This document shows, in pieces, positions 1-24,084 of a stretch of 64,000 nt of DNA (positions are counted from its first letter, which is position 1; every line of letters starts with the position of its first letter). The position numbers and the translations under genes were made by a program. Below the pieces are notes generated by a model that ran no database searches, had not been told where the DNA came from, and was given only the letters and a program-made list of their open reading frames with translations. The DNA comes from the human T2T-CHM13v2.0 reference genome, Homo sapiens: NCBI RefSeq assembly GCF_009914755.1, contig NC_060925.1; one strand, given 5' to 3'.

Positions 1-170
1 CTCATTCTTGTCATTAGTTTTTCAGCTCAAATGGGAGTCCCTCGGAGATGCCTTCCCAAGACCATCAGTCTACAATACAAGGCAGCACTGTTTTTTATTT
101 TCTTCAGAGCAATGTTTACTCTTGTCCATTTTTGTTTACTTGATTATTATCAAACTCTTCTGTCTAAAGG

Positions 171-386
171 AGGACTAACCAGTAGAATTTTCTGCAATGA
201 TGGAAGTATTGTTATATTTGAGCTGTCCAGTATAGTAGCCACTAGTTACCATATGACTCCTATGCACTTGACATGTGGCTAGTGTGAATGAGTAAAAGAA
301 TTTTTAATTTAATTTAATTTAATTTTAACTGATTTAAATTTAGATAGCCACATGTGGCCAGTGGCTACTGTACTGGACAACACAGT
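171..386. mobile_element. MER3-like hAT DNA transposon fossil
   Basis: Motifs 'ttctgcaatgatggaa', 'ctgtccagtatagtagccactag' and 'tagccacatgtggccagtggctactgtactggaca' match the recalled MER3 consensus, with internal inverted symmetry. Confidence 0.7.
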
Positions 387-786
387 TCTAGTATGTAAGC
401 TTTGAGAGAGCAGGGATTCAATCTTATGCTTTGCCATATCTCCAGAACCTAGAACAATTAAATACTTCTAACCAAGATATTCTTTGGAGGATGGAGTCTT
501 GTCAGTGTCTAACATTTGGGTCAGATGTGGCCAGCAATGAGTCATTCATTGATTTGGCTTTTGTCTTAGGAACATCAAGATGAAGATCAAGGAGATCCCT
601 TTTCTTCAAAACATTGCTGAAAAAGATAGTGTAACAACATTGCAGAAAAAATTTTAAAAGTAAGTAACCTCCTACAATTCTTCCAGCAAACATTGCAACT
701 GTTTTAATTTTTTGCATACTGTCTTCCAGATTTTGTTCACATGCAGGTGTCTTTTCAATATTTTGCAGACACAGAGGACACCATCA

Positions 787-1100
<314 letters not shown>

Positions 1101-1559
1101 ATACCTTTGTCCTTGGAGAACATCTCCAATGCCCAGCCAGGTCTTAGCTCAGAAGGAACCTGACTATTGGAGTCATTTCCTGTGGCTCACCCAGTGAAGA
1201 GATCTTACCACCCCACAGCCACTTGGAGAGCCCCGTGCATTGAAGACACTGGGTTTGGCCCTGGGTATATAGCAATTGAAGATCATTTGTGAAGGACTGA
1301 TATTGAAGAAGGCAGGGGCTATGCTGGCTTATTCATTCATCCAACAACTACTATACTGTGCTATTGAATATCATAAATATTTTCCTTATTTGTACAGGGT
1401 CTACTATTTTCCTTTTTATGGCTGAGTAGCAGACACACCAAAATCTACTAAACCTATTCTTTGTGGATTGTAGACCATTTAACTTATGCCCATTATTGGA
1501 TCTTACAGAATTCTGTAATTAACTCTTCCTGCATGGAGCTTTTTACTTTTGTTGTATTA

Positions 1560-1800
1560 TTTCCTTATAGTGTAGTAGTTGCTTATGTGTATAGGTTCTG
1601 GAAAGAGATGATCTGGTTTTTAACACTATCCATGGTAGTTTGGGCAAATTTCTTAACTTCTCTATATCTCAGTATTTCATTTATCAAGAAGGGTCACTAA
1701 TAACACCTTCCTCATAGGATTGTTGTGAGAATTGAAATGAATAAATTACATGTAAAGTGCTTGGTTCTGAGTTAGTACTCTATACAGAATAACAACTGCT
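1560..1800 (+). mobile_element. MIR SINE fragment
   Basis: MIR core-like 'tttgggcaaatttcttaacttctctatatctcagtatttcatttatcaa...cctcataggattgttgtgagaattgaaatga'. Confidence 0.7.
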
Positions 1801-4016
1801 GTTATTATTAATTCTTGATCCAGGAGTAATTTCAAGGATATTAATATTTTCAAGACTGTTTCTAGATTGTGGTAATGGTTGTACAACTCTGCAAATATAT
1901 TAAAAGTCATTGAACTATACACTCAATAAAAGCCTTTTGCTAATTATGGCTATTTTGTTTTCCCAAATGGTATTCCTATTTTCATTCCTATCCTCACCTC
2001 AATTTTATCACAATCTCATCAGAAATGGGGGCTACTATTTTAAATACAGTTTTCTTTATTTGAGAAAGGTCAAATAGAACCCTTAATGTGCTTTCTCTTG
2101 CATTTTTTACCTTATTACTAGCAACGAATGCATGTATTGTTTACTCTTTGCTTCCTATTGAATATTTGCTCCCTCTTGCTCTAACTCTGCCCATTTTACT
2201 TCTGTGGCTGAAGTCCTTTTTCTTGAATAATCTATTTCTTAGTATGTCTTAATTTACTAATAATAGTGAGTTGGTCTCTAAAAGGAAAGCTTTGAAAAAG
2301 CTAATTGTTTTCTCCTTAAAGGGCTCCTCAATATTCTACCAGACCTATGTTCTCATTAGCCAAGGGCCTTCTCCCAACATAGTCTTTCCATCCTAATGTA
2401 CCTGCAGCATTTTTCCCAGGGCCTGCACTCTAAAGACTTGATAAGAAAAACTTTGAACACATGCTCCTTTCTTCTTGCTTTTCATATCTACTGATTGGGC
2501 TTGGAATTCTGCCAAGATAAACAGTGTCCTCTGCTCTTCAGGAAAATGCAAGGCTTCTCAACCATCTTTGAGGGGCCTGCTTCAGATGACAATTTCACAA
2601 CATGTTCACAGGGCAAACTTGGATTGAGAAGACCCCCAATTTAGAGACAATAAATCTCCAACTGGAAAGAAAGCATCACTACTTTCCCTAGTACAGTAAT
2701 GTTAATTGAAATATACAGAATGTTGTAACTCTTGCAGTTCCATTTAAGTGAACTAGGGATGACAGCAAAAGAGGCTGACAAGCTGGCCAAACAGGGACTT
2801 CCTAGCCCAGGGTCTGAGCTCTGTCAGTGTGCCCAAAGAGGATTAGGCTCAAAGAGTAGACTCATAATAACCAAACTCACAGGAGTTTGAAGTCTATACC
2901 TTCATAAAGGATTTCTGAAAGTTCTGTTTGTGACAGACGTGCCCTGAAGATGAGGCAAGGAGTGCAGGTGTTAGTCTGTTTATGTGGGAAAGGACTGGAA
3001 ACTCTCTAAGGGGACAGAGTGTTCTTCGCTGGGTGTATATTGCTTGTTCAGATGATACCCTGAGACCACAGATGGGTCCTTGGCTTTTTCCTTCTGAATA
3101 TACAACTGAAGATGTTAACCCAGGATAGTCTGTGGTTCAGGAGTGGCCACTAGCAGCACTTCCAGGCACCTCCATCCTGAGGGAGAACACTGCTAGGAGA
3201 AGGATGGGCAATTAGGGAGAATGAGGCTGTTGGGTCATTGCTTACTCCTTTGTCTATTGGTACCCAATAAATAAGCATACTTCCCCTTCTTAAAATAGCC
3301 TCATGTTAGGAGGGCTCCATTCAATTGTTTCTTGTGGGTGGATTTGAAAGAACTGAAATTTCTTCTATCCTTAATTCTCTTGTCTCACTCAGGAACGAAA
3401 TATGCCAGTGTATTAATAAACATGCTCTTTGATGAGAATGCTCTTCTCTTCTCAGAAGCAAAATAAAATGCTAGCAGTTCAGGCCTGAAAAGCACTAAGA
3501 TCCTGAAGCTCAGCTTTATTGCATTTTGGCTAACAACACTAGGCCGTTAGAAAAAAAGAGAATCTATTCAAGCAGACACAGTTCATTATTTACTTAGAAA
3601 AAATACAAACTCTTATTCTAAGTAAAATAAAAAATGCACACAAGATTATTTCACCATAACAATTATCAAAATGTGTAGACTTTACTCAAAGTAATTGAAC
3701 TATACAGGCCTCAGCAATTCCTGATTGTTTGCTGGCTGCCCCAGAGTTATTTTTATGCCAGCTACCAGAATGTGATGACTTAGTAATAGTTAAATGGCAT
3801 TTTGTAATAAACAGACAAGCTAAATTATAATGATCAATGGCCCTTAGTAAAATTATATGATTATAGCCATCAGAGAAAAAAAAATCCACAGGTAAGAAAG
3901 AATTGGATAACTGCATTAAATGTTTAATCAGGCTATGCAAAAATAACACAACAGAACACTTCTAGAGAATGTAGCTGGTCTCAAATATGCCTTCTATTTG
4001 GGAGTCATAAGTTTCC

Positions 4017-4180
4017 TTTTTTTTTTTTTCGAGACAGAGTTTTGCTCTTGTCGCCCAGGCTAGAGTGCAATGGTACGATCTTGGCTCATTGCAACCTCCG
4101 CCTCCTGGGTTCAAGCAATTCCTTGCCTCAGCCTCCCGAGTAGCTGGGATTACAGGCACCCACCACCACGCCCAGCTAAT
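4017..4180 (-). mobile_element. Alu right arm (truncated at the mid-A linker)
   Basis: Poly(T) then antisense Alu right monomer, ending at 'cccagctaatt'. Confidence 0.9.
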
Positions 4181-4345
4181 TATCCTTAAGAACTGCTCGG
4201 GGAGACAGATTTGAGTAATAATAAAACTCTGTTCTCCCGCACAGCAGGCTCTGCTTGAATTACTCTTTCTGTATTGCAATTCCCCTGTCTTGATGAATCG
4301 GCTCTGTCTAGACAGTGGGCAAGGTGAACTCCTTGGGCGGTTACA
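4181..4345 (+). mobile_element. 3' part of an ERV1 LTR (LTR8-like)
   Basis: AATAAA at about 4220, U5-like 'ttgcaattcccctgtcttgatgaatcggctctgtctag', terminal '...gggcggttaca' ending in CA. Family name from recall. Confidence 0.65.
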
Positions 4346-5186
4346 CAACTGGGATTGGAGACGAACAGGAGAGTATTATAGTCAGAAGGAGGAGGCCCTG
4401 TGGGAGGAGTAAGTGTAGAATCTACCTGTCATGTTGGTGCTCTTAACACTGTGGATCAGATCAAAACCACCAGAAAGCTATGTATTTGTTAGTAGCCATA
4501 CCTACCAGGGAGAAAAGACCAGTAATTATTACCAACATTTATTGAGCACTTACTATGAACCATGAACTTTCTTAGAGGTTATGAAAATTAACTAATTTAG
4601 TTAGTTAATTAAATTCAACCACCTTACGAAGTGAGCTCAATCATCCTCAATTTTCAATGTAGAAACCAAGACATGAAGTTAAGGGCAAAGTGAGACAACT
4701 AATAAGAAACAGAATTTGAAGCTAGTAATTCTGACTACAGAGCCAAAGAACCTAACCTGACTGCTACATATAGCTTGCAAGGTCTTAGGAGACTTTAGGA
4801 GCTCATGAGGCACAATGGCATCTCGGGGTCAGACACAGTTCTGAGGAATCAACTTTTGCAAAGGATTTTAATGGCCTCAGCCTGCACATACTAAACCATT
4901 CCATCCCAGTCCAGTGCCCCTTCTCCATCACAATCAAGTGCCATAATCAGTAGTTTATAGGCAGTAGTGGGTGGAGGATATTTTTGACTGAGAGAGCTGG
5001 GAAGAGGAAGACATTTTGTCCAAATTAAGAGGTGTTTGCTGCCTTACCTTCTTGTGAGATCTTGATGCTTGGAATGTTTTGGAACAAACATTCCAAGCAA
5101 ATACATGTTGCTTGGAATGCAACACGTAGCATCTTCCCATAAGCCTTGGTAATGCTCTCAGATGGACACTCAAAAATACCTGATAC

Positions 5187-9095
<3,909 letters not shown>

Positions 9096-9099
9096 AGAT

Positions 9100-9640
<541 letters not shown>

Positions 9641-9699
9641 CCTACATAATATCAAAAGCCTTTGGAGAATTGTAAGTAAAGGAGTGACATCTGACATGC

Positions 9700-10452
9700 T
9701 TTAAAACAACTTTATTGATATATAATTATATACCATAAAATTCACCTACAGGGTAAAATCTGTGGGTTTTAGTATACATAGTTGGGCCGCCACCACCAGA
9801 ATCTATTTTAGAATGCTGTAATCACTCCCAAAAGAATCTTGTACCCATTATCAGTCAGTCACTCCCCATTTCCATTCTTTTGAATGTAGATATCCAGTCG
9901 TACCAGCACCTTTTGTTGAAAAGACTATCTTTCTGATTGAATTGTTTTGGCACCCTTGTCAAAAATGAATTGGTCATAATAGGAGAATTTATTTTTGAAC
10001 TCTCATTCCTATTCCACTGATCTATATGTCATTCCTACACTACCACCACACTGTTTTGATTATAGTAGCTTTGTAGTAGGTTTTGAAATCAGGAAGTGAG
10101 AGTCTCAAAATTTGCTCTTCTTTTTCAGAATTGTTTTGGCTATTCTAGTTCCCTTACATTTGCATATGAATTTTAGAATCAGCTCATCAATTTCTGCAAA
10201 AAAAATCCAGCTAGGATTTTTGTAGGGATTGCATTGAATCTGCAGATCAATTTGGGGAATATGTCCATTTTAATAATAAGTCTTCTGATCCATGAACATA
10301 GGAGGCCTTTCCATTTATTTAGATCTGCTTTAATTTCTTTCAATGGTATTCTATAGTTTCCATTGTACAAGTCTTGCACTTCTTTTGTTAAATTTATTCC
10401 TGAATACATTATTTCTTGATGTTATTGTACATGGAATTGTTTTCTTCATTTG
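9700..10452 (-). mobile_element. Old L1M LINE fragments (ORF2 3' region and 3' end)
   Basis: ORF 10179-10409(-) reads 'GINLTKEVQDLY..LKEIKADLNKWK..CSWI..PKLICRFNAIP', typical of the L1 ORF2 C-terminal region. Confidence 0.88.
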
Positions 10453-10750
10453 GAGAACAGCCTGTTGCATGGCCAGAGTAATGCCATTTTCAAGCAAAGC
10501 CTACATAATGACCCATATTTGACTCCTGCATACCAAAGCAGTCCCACAGAAACAATGCCTGTAGCATAGATAACCCCTCATAAAGATGCTTATCTAACTT
10601 CCCCAGTGGTCATGAGTTTTGCAAGAGCGTCTGAGACATGACTAACTGCACGTGTTTTACCAAAAAAAAACTTGCTATATAAAGGATATTTTCTGGAGGG
10701 CAGGTGCAGGTGTCCACTGTCTTGTAGCTGCCCAAGACAAGGCTCTGTTC
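10453..10750 (+). mobile_element. LTR fragment (LTR47-like)
   Basis: 'aacagcctgttgcatggccagagtaatgccattt' and a TATA-like 'ctatataaagg' at about 10675. Family assignment is tentative. Confidence 0.45.
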
Positions 10751-10974
10751 TACCCGTCCTCACCTTCTTCCCCTGACCCATTCCCCAATGGGAAGCTTTT
10801 TAAAAATAACTCTATTGAAAGACGTTTTTCCTCTCTTGTGCTTACCTTCATATTTCTAAGTAATATACTATGCCACCATTCCTTGATTTGTCTATTTTTG
10901 GATTAAGCTAATACAATCCTCCTCTTCTCTCAATACAGTTACAGGACTGACTGTTTTAGATCCTCTCTCTCTCT

Positions 10975-11572
10975 CTTTTTTTTTTTTTGAGAAGGCGTCT
11001 CGCCTTGTCGCCCAGGCTGGAGTGCAGTGGCGCGATCTCTGCTCACTACAAGCTCCGCCTCCCGGGAGTTCAAGCGATTTCCCTGCCTCAGCCTCCCAGC
11101 CTGTAGCTGGGATTACAGGCGCCCGCCACCACGCCCGGCTAATTTTTTGCATTTTTAGTAGAGACGGGGTTTCACCGTGTTAGCCAGGATGGTCTCGATC
11201 TCCTGACCTCGTGATCCGCCTGCCTCGGCCTCCCAAAGTGCTGAGATCCCAGGCGTGAGCTACCGCGCGCCGACCTTTTTTTTTTTTTTTACATGGAGTC
11301 TCGCTCTGACCCCCTCCCTGGCTGGAGTGCGGTGGCCCGATCTCCGCTCACCTCAACCTCGCCTCCCAGGATCAAGCGATTCTCTTGCCTCGGCCTCCTG
11401 AGTAGCTGGGATTACAGGCATGTGCCACCACGCCAGGCTAATTTTGTATTTTTAGTGGAGATGGGGTTTCACCACGTTGGTCAGGCTGATCTCTAACTTC
11501 TGACCTCAGATGATCCGCCCGCTTGGCCTCCCAAAGTGCTGGGATTACAGGCGTGAGCCACCGCGCCCAGCC
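10975..11572 (-). mobile_element. Two tandem antisense Alus (AluY-like, then AluS)
   Basis: First has AluY diagnostics 'accgtgttagccaggatggtctcgatctcc'; second follows after a poly(T). Confidence 0.93.
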
Positions 11573-12026
11573 GGACACCTAGTTTTTTTAAAATGCAGAT
11601 ATCAGAGACTTTCCCTTTCCTTTCAGCATTCTTCCCCACGTTCATCCTCCAATTTCTATCATGTGTAGTTTCACTTTTACAAGATCAAGATGGAAAACAT
11701 TTACATTCAGTCTTTCGTGCTTTGTCTATAAGCTGATGCCAAGTTGAAATCAGCAGGGACTACTTCCATTGACTATGTAATTATGCAGAGCAAAGCCAAA
11801 CCATTAATTATAATTTATATAAATTAATTTATTTCCTTTCTTGCTTAGGGTTTTATTTTTTTAATTATTGTCAAAGCTGTTTATGACAAAATATGAGCAA
11901 AGGAAGCCATTTTTCCCCTACTGACAGGAAATAAACTAGACTTTTTTTTACAAGATCACTTAACCAGTGTCAATGGATGTAAAAATTCAAAGAGGGATGA
12001 ATAAATTCAAATCTTATTTTTGTATT

Positions 12027-12121
12027 TATTTATAAAAATAAATAACAATAAATATAAAATTTATATTTATTATAAAAATAAATATAAATTTTATATTTAT
12101 TATAAAAATAAATATAAATTT
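12027..12121. repeat. AT-rich palindromic tandem repeat (30-bp unit)
   Basis: 'ttatatttattataaaaataaatataaatt' occurs exactly twice at 12061-12090 and 12091-12120, with a partial copy upstream. Confidence 0.9.
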
Positions 12122-12171
12122 AAGGTATTCGATAACTTATGGGACGTCTCAATTTGTGCTTTAAGGGCGCA

Positions 12172-13232
<1,061 letters not shown>

Positions 13233-13997
13233 GAAATGAAAATTGAGACATGATATGCTGGAAGATATAAGTGCCATTAACGAAATAGAGCGGAATAAGA
13301 GGGATCAGGAACGTTGGAGAGGGAGGATTGTAATGTTAAATAATTAGGATTTTGATGTAGAATTTTAATTTTATTTAGAATTATTATTTGTATTAGAGTA
13401 AGATAAAAATAATGAGATTAGAGTTAAATTGAATCCATGACTCTGAAAAGTCTCATTCAGCCAATGAAATGGTTAAATGTTTGCTTTGTTTTTGGCCCTG
13501 CTGACACCCTGCGGTCACTGAAGATGATACATTGCAGCCCTGGTGCCTAAATCCTCCATGTTAACCTTCATAAAAATAGTGGCCAGTGCCAAATCTCCAG
13601 GCAGAGAAATGCCTGATATATTTTGTTACTGATGGGAAGGAGGAATTTTTGGGGGGTTTCAAGTATAATGTTGCAGGAGTCAAACAGGAAGGTTTGAGAA
13701 GAAAGTTTTCACGCCCAGGGACAGTCAAACCATGACAGGTTGAATATGGAAATCAATGCCTATAATCAACTGGAACAAGTTAAATCTATATATACGCCCT
13801 GAATCCAGGATAATATAAAATAAAGAGATGTTAACATGAGATATGGTTAAAATATAGTTACAATGTAGAAGTAAATTATCAATATATGTTTATAAACATT
13901 TGAGAATATTATTTATTAAGTCAAATTATGAAAGTTCCACCTTAGAGCTATGGTCATGACTTGAGTAAACAATCACAATTATTACCATATAAGGAAG

Positions 13998-15347
<1,350 letters not shown>

Positions 15348-16229
15348 CTAATGAAGGTGTGGGCTTCATAATAAATCACAGAAATATCTGTTTATAATGA
15401 TAGCCAATATTTATTTAGCACTTTCTATGTACCAGGCACTGTACCACAAGCTTCACAAGGGTAATCTCATTTACGTTAATCCTCACAACACCTAATAAGA
15501 GAATAATAATGGCTGATATTTACATAACATTGTTCTAGACATTTTGCATATATTAACACATTTGATCCTCAGGGAACCCCATGATGTAGTTTCTACTAGT
15601 TTTCAATTTTAAAGATCTGAGACACAAAGAGTTTAACAGCCTTACCTAGTAAGTACAGAGCCAGCATCTGTGTACATGTATTTTAAAAATATACATTATT
15701 ATTTTTCTAATCTTAGAAAGAGAAGAGTCATATTGAATGATTTGATTTCAAGTACATTGAGCAAATGAATCAAAGATCATTTTATTCTGTTGAATGATAC
15801 ATGGCCATAAAAGATGTTGTGACTATGCAGTACTTGTTAAATTTTATCTTTATCTTTGAATAAGATAAAGCAATCCTATCAAAACTCACTAAACTCTTTA
15901 TGACCCCCAAAAGGCCTGTGGAACAAATAAACCCATGAGAGATGAGCCCTCTTTTCCGACGTAATAGCCTTGGGGGAGGTGGACCAGAAAGCTGCTGAGC
16001 CTGCTCTAATTGGCACAAACAGGGAAGGAAAAAATCTCATAAAACGTTGTCTTGGGCTTTTCAACTTTCTCTGGACAGGATTCCAGTACTATTAAGGCAT
16101 ATCTCAAAAGTGCCCCTAATTTCATGTCTGTGGCCAGTCATGACTATTTTAAGAACACCCTGAATTATAAGAATAGGTAATGGTGCCATCTCCTTCTATA
16201 GAAAAGCATTTTTAAAAGTTTTTGTTTTA

Positions 16230-18710
<2,481 letters not shown>

Positions 18711-18811
18711 ATAATTTCACACTTAGAAAAGATTTGCAAGATTAGTACAGAGAATCCTGAAGAATCTCCACCAGAGGCATTTTATCATATTTGCCTCCTT
18801 ATCTCTTTATT

Positions 18812-18828
18812 TCTCTCTCTCTCTTTCC

Positions 18829-18876
<48 letters not shown>
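18812..18876. repeat. Compound (CT)n(AT)n(CA)n microsatellite
   Basis: Directly visible; about 18 CA units. Confidence 0.95.
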
Positions 18877-18877
<1 letters not shown>

Positions 18878-19041
18878 AATATACACGAATTTACACCTAG
18901 TAGTTTTAGCATCCATTAATGATTCTTGCCTGGATTATTACTATAATGGCCACCAAATAGAGATTTTCCTATGTCCATTGTTTCTTCTACATTTATTACT
19001 TGAATTCTATAGTAAAGTATCATTTCCTTTCCCGTATCCTC

Positions 19042-19345
19042 TTTTTTTTTTTTTTTTTTTTTTGAGACCAAGTCTTGCTCTGTTGCCCAGGCTGCAGTGT
19101 AGTGGCGAGATCTTGGCTCACTACAACCTCCGCCATCCAGATTCAAAAGATTCTCATGCCTCAGTCTCCTGAGTAGCTGCGACTACAGGTGCACGCTGCC
19201 ACACCCAGCTAATTTTTGTAATTTTAGTAGAAATGGGATTTCACCATGCTGGCCAGGCTGGTCTCAAACTCCTGACCTTAAGTGATCTGCCTGCCTCAGC
19301 CTCCCAAAGTGCTGTGATTACAGGCATGAGCCACTGGACCTGGTC
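19042..19345 (-). mobile_element. AluS element
   Basis: Antisense dimeric Alu with poly(T). Confidence 0.92.
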
Positions 19346-19524
19346 TCCTGTATCCTTTTTAATTAATTTTTTATTTATATTAGTGTGGGCTTAAGGATTC
19401 CCAATTTATTCAATAAGTTATAATTCCTTACAATCATAATTTACTTTGATGACTAGATTGTCCCTGATTTGGCCAGTGGGAGCCTCTTTACACTGGCTCC
19501 TGTGTTCTTTTGACATTTCTCATC

Positions 19525-19962
19525 TGTATTAGTTTGCTATGCCTGCTGTAACAGTGTACCACAAACTCGGTGGCTTAAAACAGCTGCAGTTCTCATGGTT
19601 CTGAAGTCCAGACATTCAAAATCAACTTCACTGGGCCCAAATCAGGAATATTAACACGGCCATGCTTCCTCTGGGCTCTAGGGGAGAATTCGTTCCTTGC
19701 CTCTCCCAGCTTCCAGCTGGCACTTGGCTTGTGGCTGCACCACTCCAGTCTCTGCCTCCTGCCTTCTCCTTTTGCGTAATCTCTCTCTGCCTCTCTCTTA
19801 CAAGGATACTTGTGTTTGCATTTAAAGTCCACTTGAATAATCCAAGACAATCTCCCCATCTCAAGTTCCTTGATCATATCTCTAAAGATCCTTTTTCTGT
19901 ATATGATAATATTTACAGATTCCAGAGATTAGAGCTTCAGGGGCCATTACTTAGCTTACTAC
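19525..19962 (-). mobile_element. MaLR solo LTR (MLT1-type)
   Basis: 'tgtattagtttgctatgcctgctgtaacagtgtaccacaaactcggtggcttaaaacag' and 'tctcttacaaggatacttgtg' match antisense MLT1. Confidence 0.8.
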
Positions 19963-20234
19963 ATCCTCATTCTTTGAATACTTCCTTTCTTCCTGAACCA
20001 GTAAGATTTTTCACTGCCCTAGTCATGAAATCAGCCATTTCTCTAAGAACTTTTGGTTTCTTTTTAGTGAAGAATGATACTTGGAAGTCAAGATGTAGAT
20101 GCTAGGTGCACTCATTGCTATGGGTGTGTCGGTCTTGCAAGTCCTTTCAGTAGGACAAGGAAACAAGATATCAACTAGGAAAAATATGTCTGGACACACA
20201 CACACACAATCATACGTATGATGTACATTCCGAA

Positions 20235-20385
20235 GTACTGTAGTGGAGTTGGCTCATATGGACTTGCAAAAGCTGCTTGTTAAATATTCAGGAACTTTGC
20301 GGGTGGCTGTGAAACTAGTATTATTTCATGCTGGGAGTATTTACACCGTGGAAATCAGCAAATGCTACAAATTAGTGTGTTTTGA
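20235..20385. mobile_element. MER63-like hAT fragment
   Basis: 'ttgttaaatattcaggaactttgcg' and 'gggagtatttacaccgtggaaatcagcaaatgctacaaat'. Confidence 0.55.
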
Positions 20386-20964
20386 AAAACCAAAAAGCCA
20401 CTATACATATCATAAACACACACATCTACTCTTCTGTCTCTCTTTGTATATCATATATAATATTCACACACACACACACCCTATAGGCTCACACCTCTGA
20501 CTCTAATTACAGGGTTTGTTCTAGTCTTTCCCCTTTTCATACTTATTGTCTCCAAGAGTAAGAAACCTGGCTCTCACTATTCTCAATATATTTTCTTATT
20601 TGCTCAATCTCCTGACCACATGGGCCATCTCCTTGGCCCCATTCTTACTGACCCTGACCTTGAGCTGCAGGCTTTGCCATGACCCTGCCATTCCTGACCA
20701 TGAGAACCATTTATTTGGCTCTGAACCTAGTTGTCCTGACCTTGTAAGCTACTACCTCAGCCCCAGACCTGCCAGCCCAGATCACCAGAGTCTCCTTGGC
20801 CCAGGCTCCACCAGCCCTAAACTCACTTAAACAACTCTTGGCCCCAGCCCTACACATTTTCTTGTTTGTCTATTCTTCCAATTAAAAACGCCCACTTCGT
20901 CATTGTTTTTAACTGCCTGATGTTGAGTGGTCAATTTGATTTTTTCACATGGTTGGGTTAAAGA

Positions 20965-21109
20965 CAGGGTTGCCAGATAAAATACAGGATGACCAGTTAA
21001 GTTGAATATGGGACATACATACTTATATTTAAAAATTATTTATTGTTTATGTAACTCCAAACTTAACTGGATGCCTTGTGGTTTTATTTGCTAAATCTGG
21101 CAATGCTAG
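20965..21109. mobile_element. MER53-like palindromic MITE
   Basis: Terminal inverted repeats 'ttgccagat' and 'atctggcaa', with internal 'ccagttaagtt' and 'aacttaactgg'. Confidence 0.75.
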
Positions 21110-21127
21110 TTAGAACTACAAATAAGT

Positions 21128-22759
<1,632 letters not shown>

Positions 22760-23422
22760 CTACCTCACTTCTACCTCTGGCCACTGGCAACCACATAATA
22801 ATTACTTTACCATTTATGAATGGATTTTAAATAGATTTAACTATACACATTTAATTTATTAATAGGATAATTTTATTACAAAACGAAAAAAGCAAAAGAC
22901 TGCCTACAAGAAAGTGCATATTTGATCACATTTTTGCTCCATTTTTTTCCTGACTCTTTATTATTAGAGAATAAATTTAGCATGTAGTGTAAGAAAGGAA
23001 AGTGGAGAGGCTGCCTTACCTTCAACAATAATAGCAGTTGTCATTTATTGAGCAATTGTTATGTATCAGGTACCATATTAGCATGTTACATGACTCTTTT
23101 CTCATTTGATCCTCACAACAACCCTGAAAGGCAGGTACTTATTATTAAGGATGCTCCATTTTACATGTGACTCTGAAATACCCCTGACCTCAGCTATGGT
23201 TAACACAAATGGACTTCACCTTTAGCAATATTCTAAATCTCCGAGCTCTGGATAACCCACCACATGCTTAAGTAGCAACAAAGGCAGGCTTTGCAAACCA
23301 AGTCCCCTCCTTGATTCTCAGAAATCATTAAAACTCCCACTGCCACTGCTGCTCGAGGACTGCTGACCTTGTCAATGTCTGAGCTGCCTTCTCCAAGACC
23401 TCTTAACTTTTTGTCTGTGTCC

Positions 23423-23552
23423 CAACTCCTGCAGGGCTGATCTGGAGTCAACTCCTGCAGGGCTGATCTGGGGCCAACCCCTGCAGGGCTGATTTGGGGC
23501 CAACTCCCACAGGGCTGATCTGGAGCCAACTCCCACAGGGCTGATCTGGAGC
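23423..23552. repeat. Minisatellite, 5 x 26 bp
   Basis: Unit caactcc(tg/ca)cagggctgatctgg(a/g)g(c/t), starting at 23423, 23449, 23475, 23501 and 23527. Confidence 0.95.
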
Positions 23553-24084
23553 CCTCCTCTCCCTCAGGTGCGTCTGAGTAGCTCACAAAGATCCTCAAAC
23601 ATTCCTAGGGTTTGGAGTCTGTTGTCCCAGAAACAGAAGTCCTCTAGGGGGCAGTGTGAATCAACTCATTGGGCCAACCTAATAAAGTACCTCCGCGCGA
23701 GTTAAAATTCTATTACACTTAAAGATGAACCCTGTGGCTCAGAGAGGTTAACGAACTTGGTCAAATCACCAGCTAGTCAGCAGCAGGACTAGGATTCAAT
23801 CTCAGCCTGTCTGCCTCCAGAATGACTTCTTTTCATTCTGTTGAGCTATCTTCCTAACCATTCATTAGCTTAGAGGGAAAAGGACACAGCCAGTAAACAG
23901 CAATTAAATAATTGCAGAGCAACTATTCTGTGCCAGGCACTAATCTATGAAGTGAACAAAAGAGAAAAGATGTCACTTGGGAGAAATGGTGTTCTTTGGG
24001 GAAAGCCAGGTCTAAGTTAAAGCAGAGAAGAGATCGAGAATATAGGATTTTGTTGATGACAGACCATGAGTTCTATGCACTATA

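Noticed and set aside
23423-23552. Regular 26-bp repeats (and the 18-mers at 32561-32637) as a CRISPR-like array
   Set aside because: No unique spacers of regular length, no cas genes, and the DNA is primate.
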